A stretch of 26,917 bases of DNA from positions 1 through 26,917 of IMG/VR virus record IMGVR_UViG_3300037046_000015; one strand, written 5' to 3'. The position numbers were made by a program, and so were the translations under genes. Below, in pieces: positions 15,447 to 23,954 of this stretch (positions within the stretch are counted from its first letter, which is position 1; each line of letters begins with the position of its first letter). Source of the DNA: a virus (lineage: Duplodnaviria; Caudoviricetes). The notes under the pieces are model-generated. The model did no database searches and had not been told where the DNA came from. It worked only from the letters and a program-made list of their open reading frames with translations.

Positions 15447-15793
15447 CCACGAAACCGCGCCACACCACAACCAAGCGCCGGCACAGCGTCGACGGGCGTC
15501 GAGCGACCGACATAGCCCGCCGTGCGCAGCTGGAACGTGAGCTTAGCGACGCTCTGACTGAGCTGGCGAACAAGGACCAGCACATCCCTAAAGTAGGGAT
15601 GTGCCGAAAAGTCAGGCTGGTGGTCATCCTGACCGTGCGCCACATCAACGGCGGAGGACTGCCACATCGCTGGGAGTTCACCGCGCCGGCTGGCACGTGG
15701 AAGACCGAAGCCGAGCACCTGGCACGCCTGGCAGCCCGCAAGGCCGGACTGACCGTCCACGCCCATATTGACACCGAGGAGCGACTGGTATGA
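15443..15793 (+). CDS. Basic hypothetical protein (116 aa) containing an in-frame dyad copy
   Basis: ATGA coupling at both ends. Confidence 0.65.
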   Translation: MTTKPRHTTTKRRHSVDGRRATDIARRAQLERELSDALTELANKDQHIPKVGMCRKVRLVVILTVRHINGGGLPHRWEFTAPAGTWKTEAEHLARLAARKAGLTVHAHIDTEERLV

Positions 15794-15996
15794 GCCAGAT
15801 GACCGACAAAGAATATGTCGAAGACGGTGGGCAGCATTGCCCGTTCTGTCGCAGCGAGAACATCCAAGGCGGATCGCTGCAAGCCGAAGGCCGCACAGCA
15901 TGGCAATCCGTCAGCTGTGATGACTGTGGCCGTGGTTGGCAGGACACGTACCAGATGACCGGCTGGACCGACGAGTTCAACGACAACGAGGACTGA
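15790..15996 (+). CDS. Small zinc-ribbon protein (68 aa)
   Basis: CPFC and CDDC pairs; GAGGAG SD. Confidence 0.8.
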   Translation: MSQMTDKEYVEDGGQHCPFCRSENIQGGSLQAEGRTAWQSVSCDDCGRGWQDTYQMTGWTDEFNDNED

Positions 15997-15999
15997 GCG

Positions 16000-16218
16000 A
16001 TGACCCACAAGTTCACCGCGTTCTGCCAGCAGGCGGACGGCAAGGGCACGATCTGGATCGGTACGGTCGAGGTTGAGGAAAACAGCTGCACGGTCGCTGC
16101 AGCGGCAGCACGTGAGGAATGCGCCGCTGCGTGGGGCTACGACCCCGAGGAGGTCCATTGCCTCGGTCTGGCCGTGGGCGACGTGGATATCGTCTACTGG
16201 GAGGACATAAACGAATGA
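16000..16218 (+). CDS. Hypothetical protein (72 aa)
   Basis: GAGGA SD, coupled to the next gene. Confidence 0.75.
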   Translation: MTHKFTAFCQQADGKGTIWIGTVEVEENSCTVAAAAAREECAAAWGYDPEEVHCLGLAVGDVDIVYWEDINE

Positions 16219-16583
16219 ACCTCAAGACCGTGAAAACCGCCGAGCTGATCGGGCCGGCGCTGGATTGGGCGGTGGCTAAGGCTATCGACCTGGAAGATGA
16301 AACGCTGGACCCGCTCACATGGGTGGAAACAGCCCATCCGTCTGGTTGCTACAGCTTCTCGACCGACTGGAGCCAAGGCGGGCCGCTGATCGACAAGATC
16401 GGCGGCTTCGAGCTTAAAGTCTGGTTGGAGTCTACGCCTGAAACCAAATGCGAAGCCCATGTCCATAGCTACGAGGGTAACTGGATCGTCTTCGGACCCA
16501 CGCCCCTCATCGCCGCCATGCGCTGCCTGGTAGCGGCCAAGCTGGGCGATACAGTACAGGTGCCAAAGGAGCTACTGCCATGA
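16215..16583 (+). CDS. DUF2591/NinX-like phage protein (122 aa)
   Basis: ELIGPALDWAVAKA, STDWSQGGPLI and GPTPLIAAMRC motifs. Confidence 0.85.
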   Translation: MNLKTVKTAELIGPALDWAVAKAIDLEDETLDPLTWVETAHPSGCYSFSTDWSQGGPLIDKIGGFELKVWLESTPETKCEAHVHSYEGNWIVFGPTPLIAAMRCLVAAKLGDTVQVPKELLP

Positions 16584-16786
16584 TAGCCGCCCTGCTGCTG
16601 TACGTCTGCGCCAGCTCGTTGCTGGATAACTGCGAAGTCTACGTCGAGCACACCTGGGAAGGCCCGACGGCCTCCGTCGAGTGCAACGAGTGGCTGCGCA
16701 CCAACCGAAACCGCGTCCCGCTGCTGTATCGCCAGCGCGGGGAGCACGTGTTCTACGTCTGCGACACACAATCAGCTGGAGAATGA
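16580..16786 (+). CDS. Small Cys-containing protein with hydrophobic N-terminus (68 aa)
   Basis: ATGA coupling, AAGGAG SD, four Cys. Confidence 0.7.
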   Translation: MIAALLLYVCASSLLDNCEVYVEHTWEGPTASVECNEWLRTNRNRVPLLYRQRGEHVFYVCDTQSAGE

Positions 16787-16840
16787 TTGACCGGACCCTG
16801 GGCGCCTGCAATACTGGCGCCCTGTGGTTCTGGTTTACAT

Positions 16841-16930
16841 GAGGTTGTATGTGGCAGCACTCGGCGCTTGCGGCGGCAGGCGTGCCCCGCCGGGCCAGCA
16901 TTAGCTGTGAGTGCTGCCACATACAACTTC
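16841..16930 (+). other. Long intergenic RNA hairpin, candidate RNase III site or ncRNA
   Basis: Perfect 19-bp inverted repeat 16844-16862 / 16909-16927 plus inner stem CGGCGG/CCGCCG. Confidence 0.7.
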
Positions 16931-16981
16931 CCTACTTTAGGGATTTGCGCCACCAACCGAAGCTATTCAGGAGTCACCGCC

Positions 16982-17479
16982 ATGAGAAAAATCACCCAGG
17001 AATCCATCGACGCGTTCACCTCCGGCGTTGACTTTCGCAAGCAGAACATGAGCGTCGAAGTGCGGCCGTTCCAAGGCGACAGTGTGCTCGACTCCGTCAT
17101 CCTGCTGCTCCACGGCAACCCGATTGCCCGCTACGTCAAGGCTAGCGGCCTCTCCACACTGCAGGTCTGCGACGGCAACCACCAGACCGTCACCACCAAG
17201 GACCGCCTGAACGGCCTGCCGGGCGTGACTGTGAACCAGCGTAAGGGCGACTGGTATCTCAACGGCGTCAAGTGGGACGGCAGCTGGACGTTCGTCGGCA
17301 GTCAGCTGGTCGTCAAGCCGTTCTCCGCCGCCCAGTGGATCGTCGAGTACCCGCACAGCGCCGACCGTGAGCCGGTGTTCCTGCCCCGCGCCGCGGCGAT
17401 CACCTTCGCCCACGTCGAGGCAGCGAACCACGGCTACAAGCTGGTGATCGACGGTGACTTCGTGGAGGCTGCAGCATGA
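16982..17479 (+). CDS. Conserved hypothetical phage protein (165 aa, MRKITQES...)
   Basis: AGGAG SD; LHGNPIA and TVTTKDRLNGL motifs. Confidence 0.8.
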   Translation: MRKITQESIDAFTSGVDFRKQNMSVEVRPFQGDSVLDSVILLLHGNPIARYVKASGLSTLQVCDGNHQTVTTKDRLNGLPGVTVNQRKGDWYLNGVKWDGSWTFVGSQLVVKPFSAAQWIVEYPHSADREPVFLPRAAAITFAHVEAANHGYKLVIDGDFVEAAA

Positions 17480-17607
17480 CAACCGTAGAGTTCGAGCTGG
17501 TGGCCTTCTCCATCCTGGCGTTCATCTTCGGCGCCGGCTGGGGCTACTACACTGCCGCCGCCAAGTGGCGAACCCGGTACTACAGACTGTTGGAGCGGCT
17601 GCAATGA
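17476..17607 (+). CDS. Small single-pass membrane protein (43 aa, MTTVEFELVAFSILAFIFGAGWG...)
   Basis: GGAGG SD, ATGA overlaps at both ends; not in the ORF track. Confidence 0.7.
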   Translation: MTTVEFELVAFSILAFIFGAGWGYYTAAAKWRTRYYRLLERLQ

Positions 17608-17855
17608 GCCTCCTACACCCATACCTGCGCCGGAACATCGTCGAGGCTATCGCCAAGGCACGCAAGTCCACTGAGCGCGGCGAGCTGGCGCACCACGTCC
17701 GTGACGCCGGCAGCTTGATCAAGCAGCAGCTGCGAGAGACAGAGCAGGAGCTGGTCAAGGTCATGCAGATTCAGGTCGCCCGCCGTAAGGAGCTGCTCGC
17801 CCTGCTGGAGCAGCTCAACACCGTAACCGCCGAGAAAATTGAATCCCTAAAGTAG
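17604..17855 (+). CDS. Coiled-coil hypothetical protein (83 aa)
   Basis: ATGA coupling; its TAG stop is supplied by a dyad copy. Confidence 0.7.
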   Translation: MSLLHPYLRRNIVEAIAKARKSTERGELAHHVRDAGSLIKQQLRETEQELVKVMQIQVARRKELLALLEQLNTVTAEKIESLK

Positions 17856-17870
17856 GGATGTGAGGTTCCC

Positions 17871-18416
17871 ATGTCCGACCAACAGCAACAAGAAGCCCCG
17901 CAGATCAGCAGCGACGAGCTGGCCCGGCTGACCGCCGAGTTCCTGGCACGTGGTTGTCAGATAGCGGTCTGCGCCCACGGCGAGAGCGGTATCGAGCCTA
18001 GCTTCGGCGGTACGAAGATGGAACGCCAGGCCACCCTCAACCGCATCGAGCGCCAGCGCCAGGCCACGACGAAGGCCGACGCCAAGCTGGTGACAGCGCT
18101 GCGCGAGTTCATCGACGGCGGTAGCGTCGGCGAGCCGCCGAAGATGCCGTTCTCCAGGCTGCGCCGCATCGTCGAGACGTACTTCGAGGGCGACGAGCGA
18201 GCGACTGCACTGCTGCCGCTCAACCAGACCCAGCGCGCCGAAGTGCGGGCGAAGGAGACGTTGCCGAAGGTCAAGGCCGCCGTCGAGGCGGGCGTGATCG
18301 GCCTCAAGAAGATCGCCAAACACATCGGCGAACCCTACACCTACGTGTCGAAGCTGAACCAACAGTTCAACCTCAATCTGCCCAAGGAACCGCCAGGGTT
18401 CGGGAGGGACAAGTGA
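17871..18416 (+). CDS. Putative transcription regulator: SutA-like N-terminal segment plus HTH-like C-terminus (181 aa)
   Basis: DELARLTAEFLARGCQI resembles the SutA RNAP-binding helix; GLKKIAKHIGEPYTYVSKL is HTH-like. GAGGT SD. Confidence 0.55.
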   Translation: MSDQQQQEAPQISSDELARLTAEFLARGCQIAVCAHGESGIEPSFGGTKMERQATLNRIERQRQATTKADAKLVTALREFIDGGSVGEPPKMPFSRLRRIVETYFEGDERATALLPLNQTQRAEVRAKETLPKVKAAVEAGVIGLKKIAKHIGEPYTYVSKLNQQFNLNLPKEPPGFGRDK

Positions 18417-18670
18417 TCACTCGTACTTCGTTCAACAAGCGGTTCCTGCAGAACATCGACGAGGCGCTGCGCGCCGCCGCGTACAACTCCCGCATGTGGT
18501 CGGCTGCTGCCGGCTGCAGCTGCAAGGGGATGGCCTACGTTATGAACGCACGCAAGAAGGTGATGCTGCGCGTAGACCACAATCGCGGTGAGCCGCAGGC
18601 GTTCCAGTTCTACGACAATCGCCAGCGCAACGTCACCGAGCTGGTACTGGCGGCGCTGAGGGCTTCCTAA
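18413..18670 (+). CDS. Hypothetical protein (85 aa)
   Basis: GTGA coupling with GGAGG SD. Confidence 0.7.
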   Translation: MITRTSFNKRFLQNIDEALRAAAYNSRMWSAAAGCSCKGMAYVMNARKKVMLRVDHNRGEPQAFQFYDNRQRNVTELVLAALRAS

Positions 18671-18978
18671 TGGCCTACGCCGACGTCGACATGCAAGCCA
18701 AGCTGTTCGAACAGGGGTTCCACACGTTCAACGCCGGCGGTGCTGATGGGTTCAGCCGGCTGCGTGAGGGCCAGATACAGACGATCGTGTGTACTTGGGA
18801 GCGGCAGGACCGTCGCAGCCTGGAGGTTCCACCGCCCGACGAGGTGTTCTGGATCGCCAGCGTAGGCGTACTCGACGGCGCAGCGCTCCGCCTGGTGGTG
18901 CCGGCCGCTGAGCGGTGCCCGGACCCGATAACTTGCTTTGTGAGTGCAGAGGTGAGGGGATGGAGCCGGATGATCTGA
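18670..18978 (+). CDS. Hypothetical protein, shared C-terminal-motif group (102 aa)
   Basis: TAATG coupling; ends PDPITCFVSAEVRGW. Confidence 0.7.
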   Translation: MAYADVDMQAKLFEQGFHTFNAGGADGFSRLREGQIQTIVCTWERQDRRSLEVPPPDEVFWIASVGVLDGAALRLVVPAAERCPDPITCFVSAEVRGWSRMI

Positions 18979-19244
18979 AGGCACTAGAACAAGCCGGGTT
19001 CGAACCCCGCGAGGGGAGGCCAGGCTGTTACCGAAGGGTGAAGCCAAAGCCGTGGCCATTCAGCGACGCGAGGACTCGGCCTGCGTTCGACTACCACTAC
19101 ATTCGACAGAGTAAGTGGCCTTCGCGCCACCACCCTGGGCATTGGTGGGTGGCTGACAACTATGACCCACAGTGGACGTCGCCGTACTTCGAAACGGCAG
19201 CGGCCTGCCTAATGTTCGCGGAGGTGCAGGGATGGACAGAATAG
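18960..19244 (+). CDS. Hypothetical protein, shared C-terminal-motif group (94 aa)
   Basis: GAGG upstream of ATG 18960; ends FETAAACLMFAEVQGW. Confidence 0.7.
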   Translation: MEPDDLKALEQAGFEPREGRPGCYRRVKPKPWPFSDARTRPAFDYHYIRQSKWPSRHHPGHWWVADNYDPQWTSPYFETAAACLMFAEVQGWTE

Positions 19245-19519
19245 ACATGCCGCCTGGCTGGGAGTGCGGGCAGCGGAACCTAACGACGGTCGGACACGCT
19301 CTGGTTTGGACATATGTGTCGAATGCCAGGGCGCGAGTGCTCCGCATCCAGTTCGACGTCCACCAGGGCGGGTATCTGTTCGGCGTGGTGAGTTCGCCCG
19401 GCCGACCGAAAGCGCACGACCTGACGGTCGACCCGTACACATTCAGCCCAATCGCGCCGATCGCCTTCGACACACCACAAGCCGCTGCTGTTTGGGCAGC
19501 GGTCGAGGACCTGGTATGA
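19232..19519 (+). CDS. Hypothetical protein, shared C-terminal-motif group (95 aa)
   Basis: GGAGGT SD; ends FDTPQAAAVWAAVEDLV. Confidence 0.7.
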   Translation: MDRIDMPPGWECGQRNLTTVGHALVWTYVSNARARVLRIQFDVHQGGYLFGVVSSPGRPKAHDLTVDPYTFSPIAPIAFDTPQAAAVWAAVEDLV

Positions 19520-19839
19520 CCGACAAGTATGAAGAACAGATGGTCGCGCTGGGGTTCGTTTACACCGGCTCCGGCGAATACCTGTTGGAGAGCGACGGCG
19601 CCAGGTACTGGGTGTGGAAAACCCCCGCACGTAGCATCGACGGATGGCTAGAACCGTACCCACCTGGAACATGGGTCGCAGACCTCGGACTGAGTACCGA
19701 TGACCTGCGGGATGGTAAAGGCGTAGCGTTCGACGACCCCGTGTCGGCCGGCGTGTACATCATCACTGCCTGCGGCCCGCGCACCAACCCTGAAGCGGTT
19801 GGAGATTGCTTGCCTGAAGCACCCTTTGCTGTAAACTAG
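19516..19839 (+). CDS. Hypothetical protein, shared C-terminal-motif group (107 aa)
   Basis: ATGA coupling, GAGGA SD; contains FDDPVSAGVYI. Confidence 0.7.
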   Translation: MTDKYEEQMVALGFVYTGSGEYLLESDGARYWVWKTPARSIDGWLEPYPPGTWVADLGLSTDDLRDGKGVAFDDPVSAGVYIITACGPRTNPEAVGDCLPEAPFAVN

Positions 19840-19929
19840 GCATACATTTTGAAACACCGCTTCACTACCACGACACACCAACCAACATCCCTACTTTAGG
19901 GATTCACCAAAGCTGTTCAGGAGAACACC

Positions 19930-21093
19930 ATGAAAGTCAACGAACTGTCGCCGATCATCGTCGCGCTGTACAACGCCAACCGCACCGGGATGTTCTGGGG
20001 CGCACCGGGCATCGGCAAGTCGGACAGCTTCCGCGCTGCCGCTGAGTACATCAAGAACATGCTGGGCCTGACCGGCCCCGTGCTTGAGCGTCACCAAGTC
20101 AGGTCGTTCCTCGCCAAGGGCGGCGACATTACCCAGGCGTTCGGCCTGTTCGACCTGCGTCTGTCGCAGATGGACCCGGTGGAAGTTGGTGGCCTACCCC
20201 GCGAGAACCGCACCAACGGAACCATGGAGAAACTGCCGCCGAGCTGGTTCGCTCACGAGTTGCGCGCCGATCTGCCTGACTTCGGCATCCTCCTGCTGGA
20301 GGAGCTGCCGTCCGCACCGCTGAGCGTGCAGACCACGGCGTACCAGATCACGCTGGACAAGGTGATCGAGGACTTCAAGCTGAAGGAAGGCTGGGCCACG
20401 TTCGCAGCGGGTAACCGCCTGACCGACGGCGGCCAGTATTTCAAGATGCCGAACGCGCTGGCCAACCGCCTGTGCCACATCGACGTCGAGTCCGACGTGG
20501 ACAGCTGGTGCCAGTGGGCGGTCGAGAAGAACATCGACCACAGCCTGATCGCGTTCATCCGCTTCCGCCCTGACCTGCTCAACACCACTGACGAGCACAT
20601 CAAGAACCGCGGTAAGGGCTTTGCCTTCGCCACCGAGCGCCAGTGGGCAGCGGTCAATGACTTCCTGACCAACAACCAGTCGCCGAGCGATACCACTGTT
20701 CACGCCGTAGTAGGTGGTCTGGTCGGTAGCGGCCCGGCTGCTGAGTACGTCAGCTTCCGTGCGGTGTGGAACAACATGCCGAGCATCGACGGCATCCTGA
20801 TCGAGCCGGACACTGCGATCCTCCCCGAGGACGCGGCCACCCAGTTCGCAGTGATGACTGCGCTCGCTGCCCGTGCCAGCTACGACAACCTGAGTCAGTG
20901 CCTGAAGTACACCGACCGCCTGATGGCGAAGGGTCGCCCAGAGATGGCAGTGATGTTCATCAAGGACATGCAGCTTCGCCAGAACACCGCGTGGGAAAAG
21001 GCGAAGACCGCGGGCCAGTCGTTCCAGCGCGCTGAGCAGTCGCCGGCGTACTCGATCTGGGCCTCGAAGAACGTCGAGCTGTTCGGTCAGTAA
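19930..21093 (+). CDS. MoxR-like AAA+ ATPase (387 aa)
   Basis: Walker A GAPGIGKS, DLRLSQ, Walker B LLLEE, sensor AGN, arginine finger ALANR; VWA partner nearby. Confidence 0.88.
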   Translation: MKVNELSPIIVALYNANRTGMFWGAPGIGKSDSFRAAAEYIKNMLGLTGPVLERHQVRSFLAKGGDITQAFGLFDLRLSQMDPVEVGGLPRENRTNGTMEKLPPSWFAHELRADLPDFGILLLEELPSAPLSVQTTAYQITLDKVIEDFKLKEGWATFAAGNRLTDGGQYFKMPNALANRLCHIDVESDVDSWCQWAVEKNIDHSLIAFIRFRPDLLNTTDEHIKNRGKGFAFATERQWAAVNDFLTNNQSPSDTTVHAVVGGLVGSGPAAEYVSFRAVWNNMPSIDGILIEPDTAILPEDAATQFAVMTALAARASYDNLSQCLKYTDRLMAKGRPEMAVMFIKDMQLRQNTAWEKAKTAGQSFQRAEQSPAYSIWASKNVELFGQ

Positions 21094-21095
21094 CC

Positions 21096-21440
21096 GTGTC
21101 GGCGCCCGCACACAAGACCGCCCCGGCGCAAGCACGTCGGGAGGTCGAGGCCCGCACCGGCACCTGCCAGAACATGAGGACGCTTGGGTACAGGGCTGCC
21201 AAGTACGCCCTTACTGGGCACCCTACTCGGTTCGAGTCCAGACCACGTGGTAGGAACGACACCGAGAACTGGATAATTCAGCGGACGATCGACAAGCGCT
21301 GGCGGGTAGCCTGCGTGGAGCCAGAAGGTATGCGCTGGCCGAACGAACGCAAAGTCGATTCGCCCTTATTCGATGGGCCGGTAGCCGCAGCGCTATGGCT
21401 TCAAGTGGAGAAAGCAAATGGCACAGTCCGTTTTAGCTAG
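21096..21440 (+). CDS. Hypothetical protein, shared C-terminal-motif group (start uncertain, 21096 or 21174)
   Basis: Fills the gap between ATPase and VWA genes; ends FDGPVAAALWLQVEKANG. Confidence 0.6.
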   Translation: MSAPAHKTAPAQARREVEARTGTCQNMRTLGYRAAKYALTGHPTRFESRPRGRNDTENWIIQRTIDKRWRVACVEPEGMRWPNERKVDSPLFDGPVAAALWLQVEKANGTVRFS

Positions 21441-22563
21441 AGCAAAAACACAACTCGTCCTGCACGAGCCCTTCTACGCGACGATCCTGCTCAACCTTGA
21501 AGTGGTTGAGTGTGAGTCGGTGCCTGGCCTGGGTCCGCTGTGGCTGGCAGCCACCGACGGCGAGCACCTGTACATCAACCCGAAGAACTTTGAGCAGCTG
21601 TCCGTGGCCAAGGCCAAGGGCGTGCTCAAGCACGAGGTGATGCACGTCGCCCAGCTGCACCCGTTCCGTGGTCAGGGCAAGGAGGGCGTGCGCTGGAACC
21701 ACGCCACCGACGACGTCATCAACCCGGTGATCATAGACGAGGGCGGCGAGCTGCCAGACGGGTGCCGCCCAGGCGTCAAGGGGATGAGTGCTGAGCAGCG
21801 GTACAAGGACCTGCCGCCGAGCCCGCCGGGCCAAGGCAGTGGTGGCTCAGGTCCGAACAACCCACTAGGGCACGACGTGATCCCGGCTAAGAACCAGGGC
21901 CAGGCCGCAGTCGACAAGGCGAAGGCGATGATTGCCCAGGCTGCAGCGATCGCCAAGGCGCGGGGCAAATTGCCGGAGTCGGTACAGGCTGAGCTGGACA
22001 AGATATTCAAGCCCCGCGTCGACTGGAAGGAACAGCTGCGGCAGTGGCTGACCGAGACGCAGAACACGGACTACTCGTTCCGCCGTCCGAACCGCCGCTT
22101 CATCGCAGGAGACAGCCCGATGTACCTGCCGTCCATGATGGGCGACAACGAGGCGATGGACACGATGGTGATGGTGCTCGACACGTCGGGCTCGATCAGC
22201 ATGGACGAGTTGCGCCAGGGCGTGGGTGAGGTGTGCGGCGCCATCGCTGACGTATCCCCGAAGCGGTTGGTGATTGCGTACTGCGACGCCAAGGTCCAGC
22301 ACCACGACGTGTTCGACCAGCCGCAGGAGGCGGAGGTATCGCAGTCGTTCAAGCGTCACGGTGCCGGCGGCACGAACATGGTGGCGGCGCTGACCTGGGT
22401 CAACCGTCGTTACCCAACGGCGAAGGCGGTGATCGTCTGGACCGATGGCGAGACGCCGTTCGGCGACGAGGAGGACTACGAATACCCGGTGCTGTGGGCG
22501 ATCACCAGCCCGCGGATCACTGCACCGTGGGGTACGACGATCCACGTCGAGGTCGGCGAGTGA
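21418..22563 (+). CDS. DUF2201-like protein: HExxH metallopeptidase-like domain plus VWA domain (381 aa)
   Basis: AATDG, HEVMH, MIDAS DTSGS, GGT and TDG motifs. Confidence 0.88.
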   Translation: MAQSVLARAKTQLVLHEPFYATILLNLEVVECESVPGLGPLWLAATDGEHLYINPKNFEQLSVAKAKGVLKHEVMHVAQLHPFRGQGKEGVRWNHATDDVINPVIIDEGGELPDGCRPGVKGMSAEQRYKDLPPSPPGQGSGGSGPNNPLGHDVIPAKNQGQAAVDKAKAMIAQAAAIAKARGKLPESVQAELDKIFKPRVDWKEQLRQWLTETQNTDYSFRRPNRRFIAGDSPMYLPSMMGDNEAMDTMVMVLDTSGSISMDELRQGVGEVCGAIADVSPKRLVIAYCDAKVQHHDVFDQPQEAEVSQSFKRHGAGGTNMVAALTWVNRRYPTAKAVIVWTDGETPFGDEEDYEYPVLWAITSPRITAPWGTTIHVEVGE

Positions 22564-22880
22564 ACGCCGGGCCGTGGGGCAACCCGCAGCTGGTGAGCGT
22601 GACCAAGCCCGAGGGTGTGCCGTCAATGGCACCCTCGGACATGGCGCTGGAAATGCTCGCGTCGAGGGGGTTCACACGGTCGCCGGCGAACAGCTGGCGG
22701 TGGGTGAAGTGGACGCAGGTGCAGCCGATAGGCGAGTACGAGGTGCTCGCCTGGGTAGACAGGACCGCCTCTGGCTGGCACCTGACCAAGTTCGACGACC
22801 ACGGGGCGCTGATGCACAACACGTTCACGCTCGACCTCGAGGCGCTACTGGTGTTCGCTACAGTCGAGGGGTGGATATGA
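22560..22880 (+). CDS. Hypothetical protein, shared C-terminal-motif group (about 106 aa; alternative start 22626)
   Basis: GTGA coupling; ends DLEALLVFATVEGWI. Confidence 0.65.
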   Translation: MNAGPWGNPQLVSVTKPEGVPSMAPSDMALEMLASRGFTRSPANSWRWVKWTQVQPIGEYEVLAWVDRTASGWHLTKFDDHGALMHNTFTLDLEALLVFATVEGWI

Positions 22881-23170
22881 GCAGGTGGCAGCCGCTGTGG
22901 CAGACGTTCGGGTTCGACGCGGGGGAGGTGGTGCGAGAGCTGCTGTCTGAGTTGCTAGTGGACGCCGAGGCTATCCAGAATCGGCCGACCCCTACCGACC
23001 CATTGGGAGGAACGCCTCGACTACACGCCCGGTGGCAGTGGGACCACCTACGCTACCAGATGATGATCGCAATACAACTGGACGGCGAGTGGTCACCAAC
23101 GCTCGGAGCCAAGGCACTGGAGGTGTGGGTGTGCGTCCAGTGGCCGCACGTATTCAGGAGAGCAACATGA
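22877..23170 (+). CDS. Trp-rich hypothetical protein (97 aa)
   Basis: ATGA coupling at both ends, GAGG SD. Confidence 0.65.
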   Translation: MSRWQPLWQTFGFDAGEVVRELLSELLVDAEAIQNRPTPTDPLGGTPRLHARWQWDHLRYQMMIAIQLDGEWSPTLGAKALEVWVCVQWPHVFRRAT

Positions 23171-23691
23171 AGAAACCATGGGAGAAGGGGTACATCCCCA
23201 AGCCTGGAGCAAAGCCCGGGTTCAAGGGCGTCGAGACGCCGGAAGGGTGGACGCGGGACCTCCGCACGGACTGCGTTGAGTTCTATCGTATGGGTGCGAG
23301 ACTGTGGACCCATGACAGGATCATTGGTCAAGTCGGCAAGCCGTGGAAGTTGTGGTTCAACCACAACGCCGGCGTGTTCCGGCAGCCGGACATGGTCATG
23401 CCGTCGCTCAAGGCGCTGCTGGTCTGGTATCAGGTGGAGCAGGCCAACCAAGGCGACGATGTAGACGCGATGACGGCGTACAACCAGGCCGACGTATACG
23501 CCAACCTGGCCGGGGCGGTGCCGATGCGCGCAGCGCTCACGAACTGCCCGCGCCAGACTGGCAAGTCGGCAGCGCTGGCTGCGGCCTACGGCATGAGTGC
23601 GAAACGGTTCGGCGAGGTGATACACCTCGACTTCAAGTCGCTGGAGGAGCGCACCCTGGCCTCGCTGTGGCGCCGAGGGATGCGCAAGTGA
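23167..23691 (+). CDS. Hypothetical protein (174 aa): shared-motif domain fused to PolA-like motif fragments
   Basis: AGGAG SD, ATGA coupling; see findings. Confidence 0.7.
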   Translation: MKKPWEKGYIPKPGAKPGFKGVETPEGWTRDLRTDCVEFYRMGARLWTHDRIIGQVGKPWKLWFNHNAGVFRQPDMVMPSLKALLVWYQVEQANQGDDVDAMTAYNQADVYANLAGAVPMRAALTNCPRQTGKSAALAAAYGMSAKRFGEVIHLDFKSLEERTLASLWRRGMRK

Positions 23692-23954
23692 TTCCGGGCT
23701 GGGTGAAGGTCACCCACGGGTACTGCCGGGCCAAGTTGGAGGAGGGTCCGCTGGGGCGCATGCACATCCCGAAGTGGAACCGCATGGCCGCGCCGCACGT
23801 GGTAGAGGACGGATGGAATGGAGGGTGGCTTACCCTCGACGGGTCACCAGAAGCTCGGCCGTTTCCAGACGAGCTGGTAAAAGGGGCGCGGTTCCCCACT
23901 GCCGAGGCTGCGCTGGTCGCCGCCGAGGTGGAGCTTGCCAACCGCAAAGGCTAG
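23688..23954 (+). CDS. Hypothetical protein, shared C-terminal-motif group (88 aa)
   Basis: GTGA coupling; ends FPTAEAALVAAEVELANRKG. Confidence 0.7.
   Translation: MIPGWVKVTHGYCRAKLEEGPLGRMHIPKWNRMAAPHVVEDGWNGGWLTLDGSPEARPFPDELVKGARFPTAEAALVAAEVELANRKG

Noticed and set aside
2524-20600. Other CTGA(C/T)GA words (about 2524, 4186, 20590) as additional hammerheads
   Set aside because: They lie inside coding regions and lack the matching GAAA, stems and cleavage triplet.
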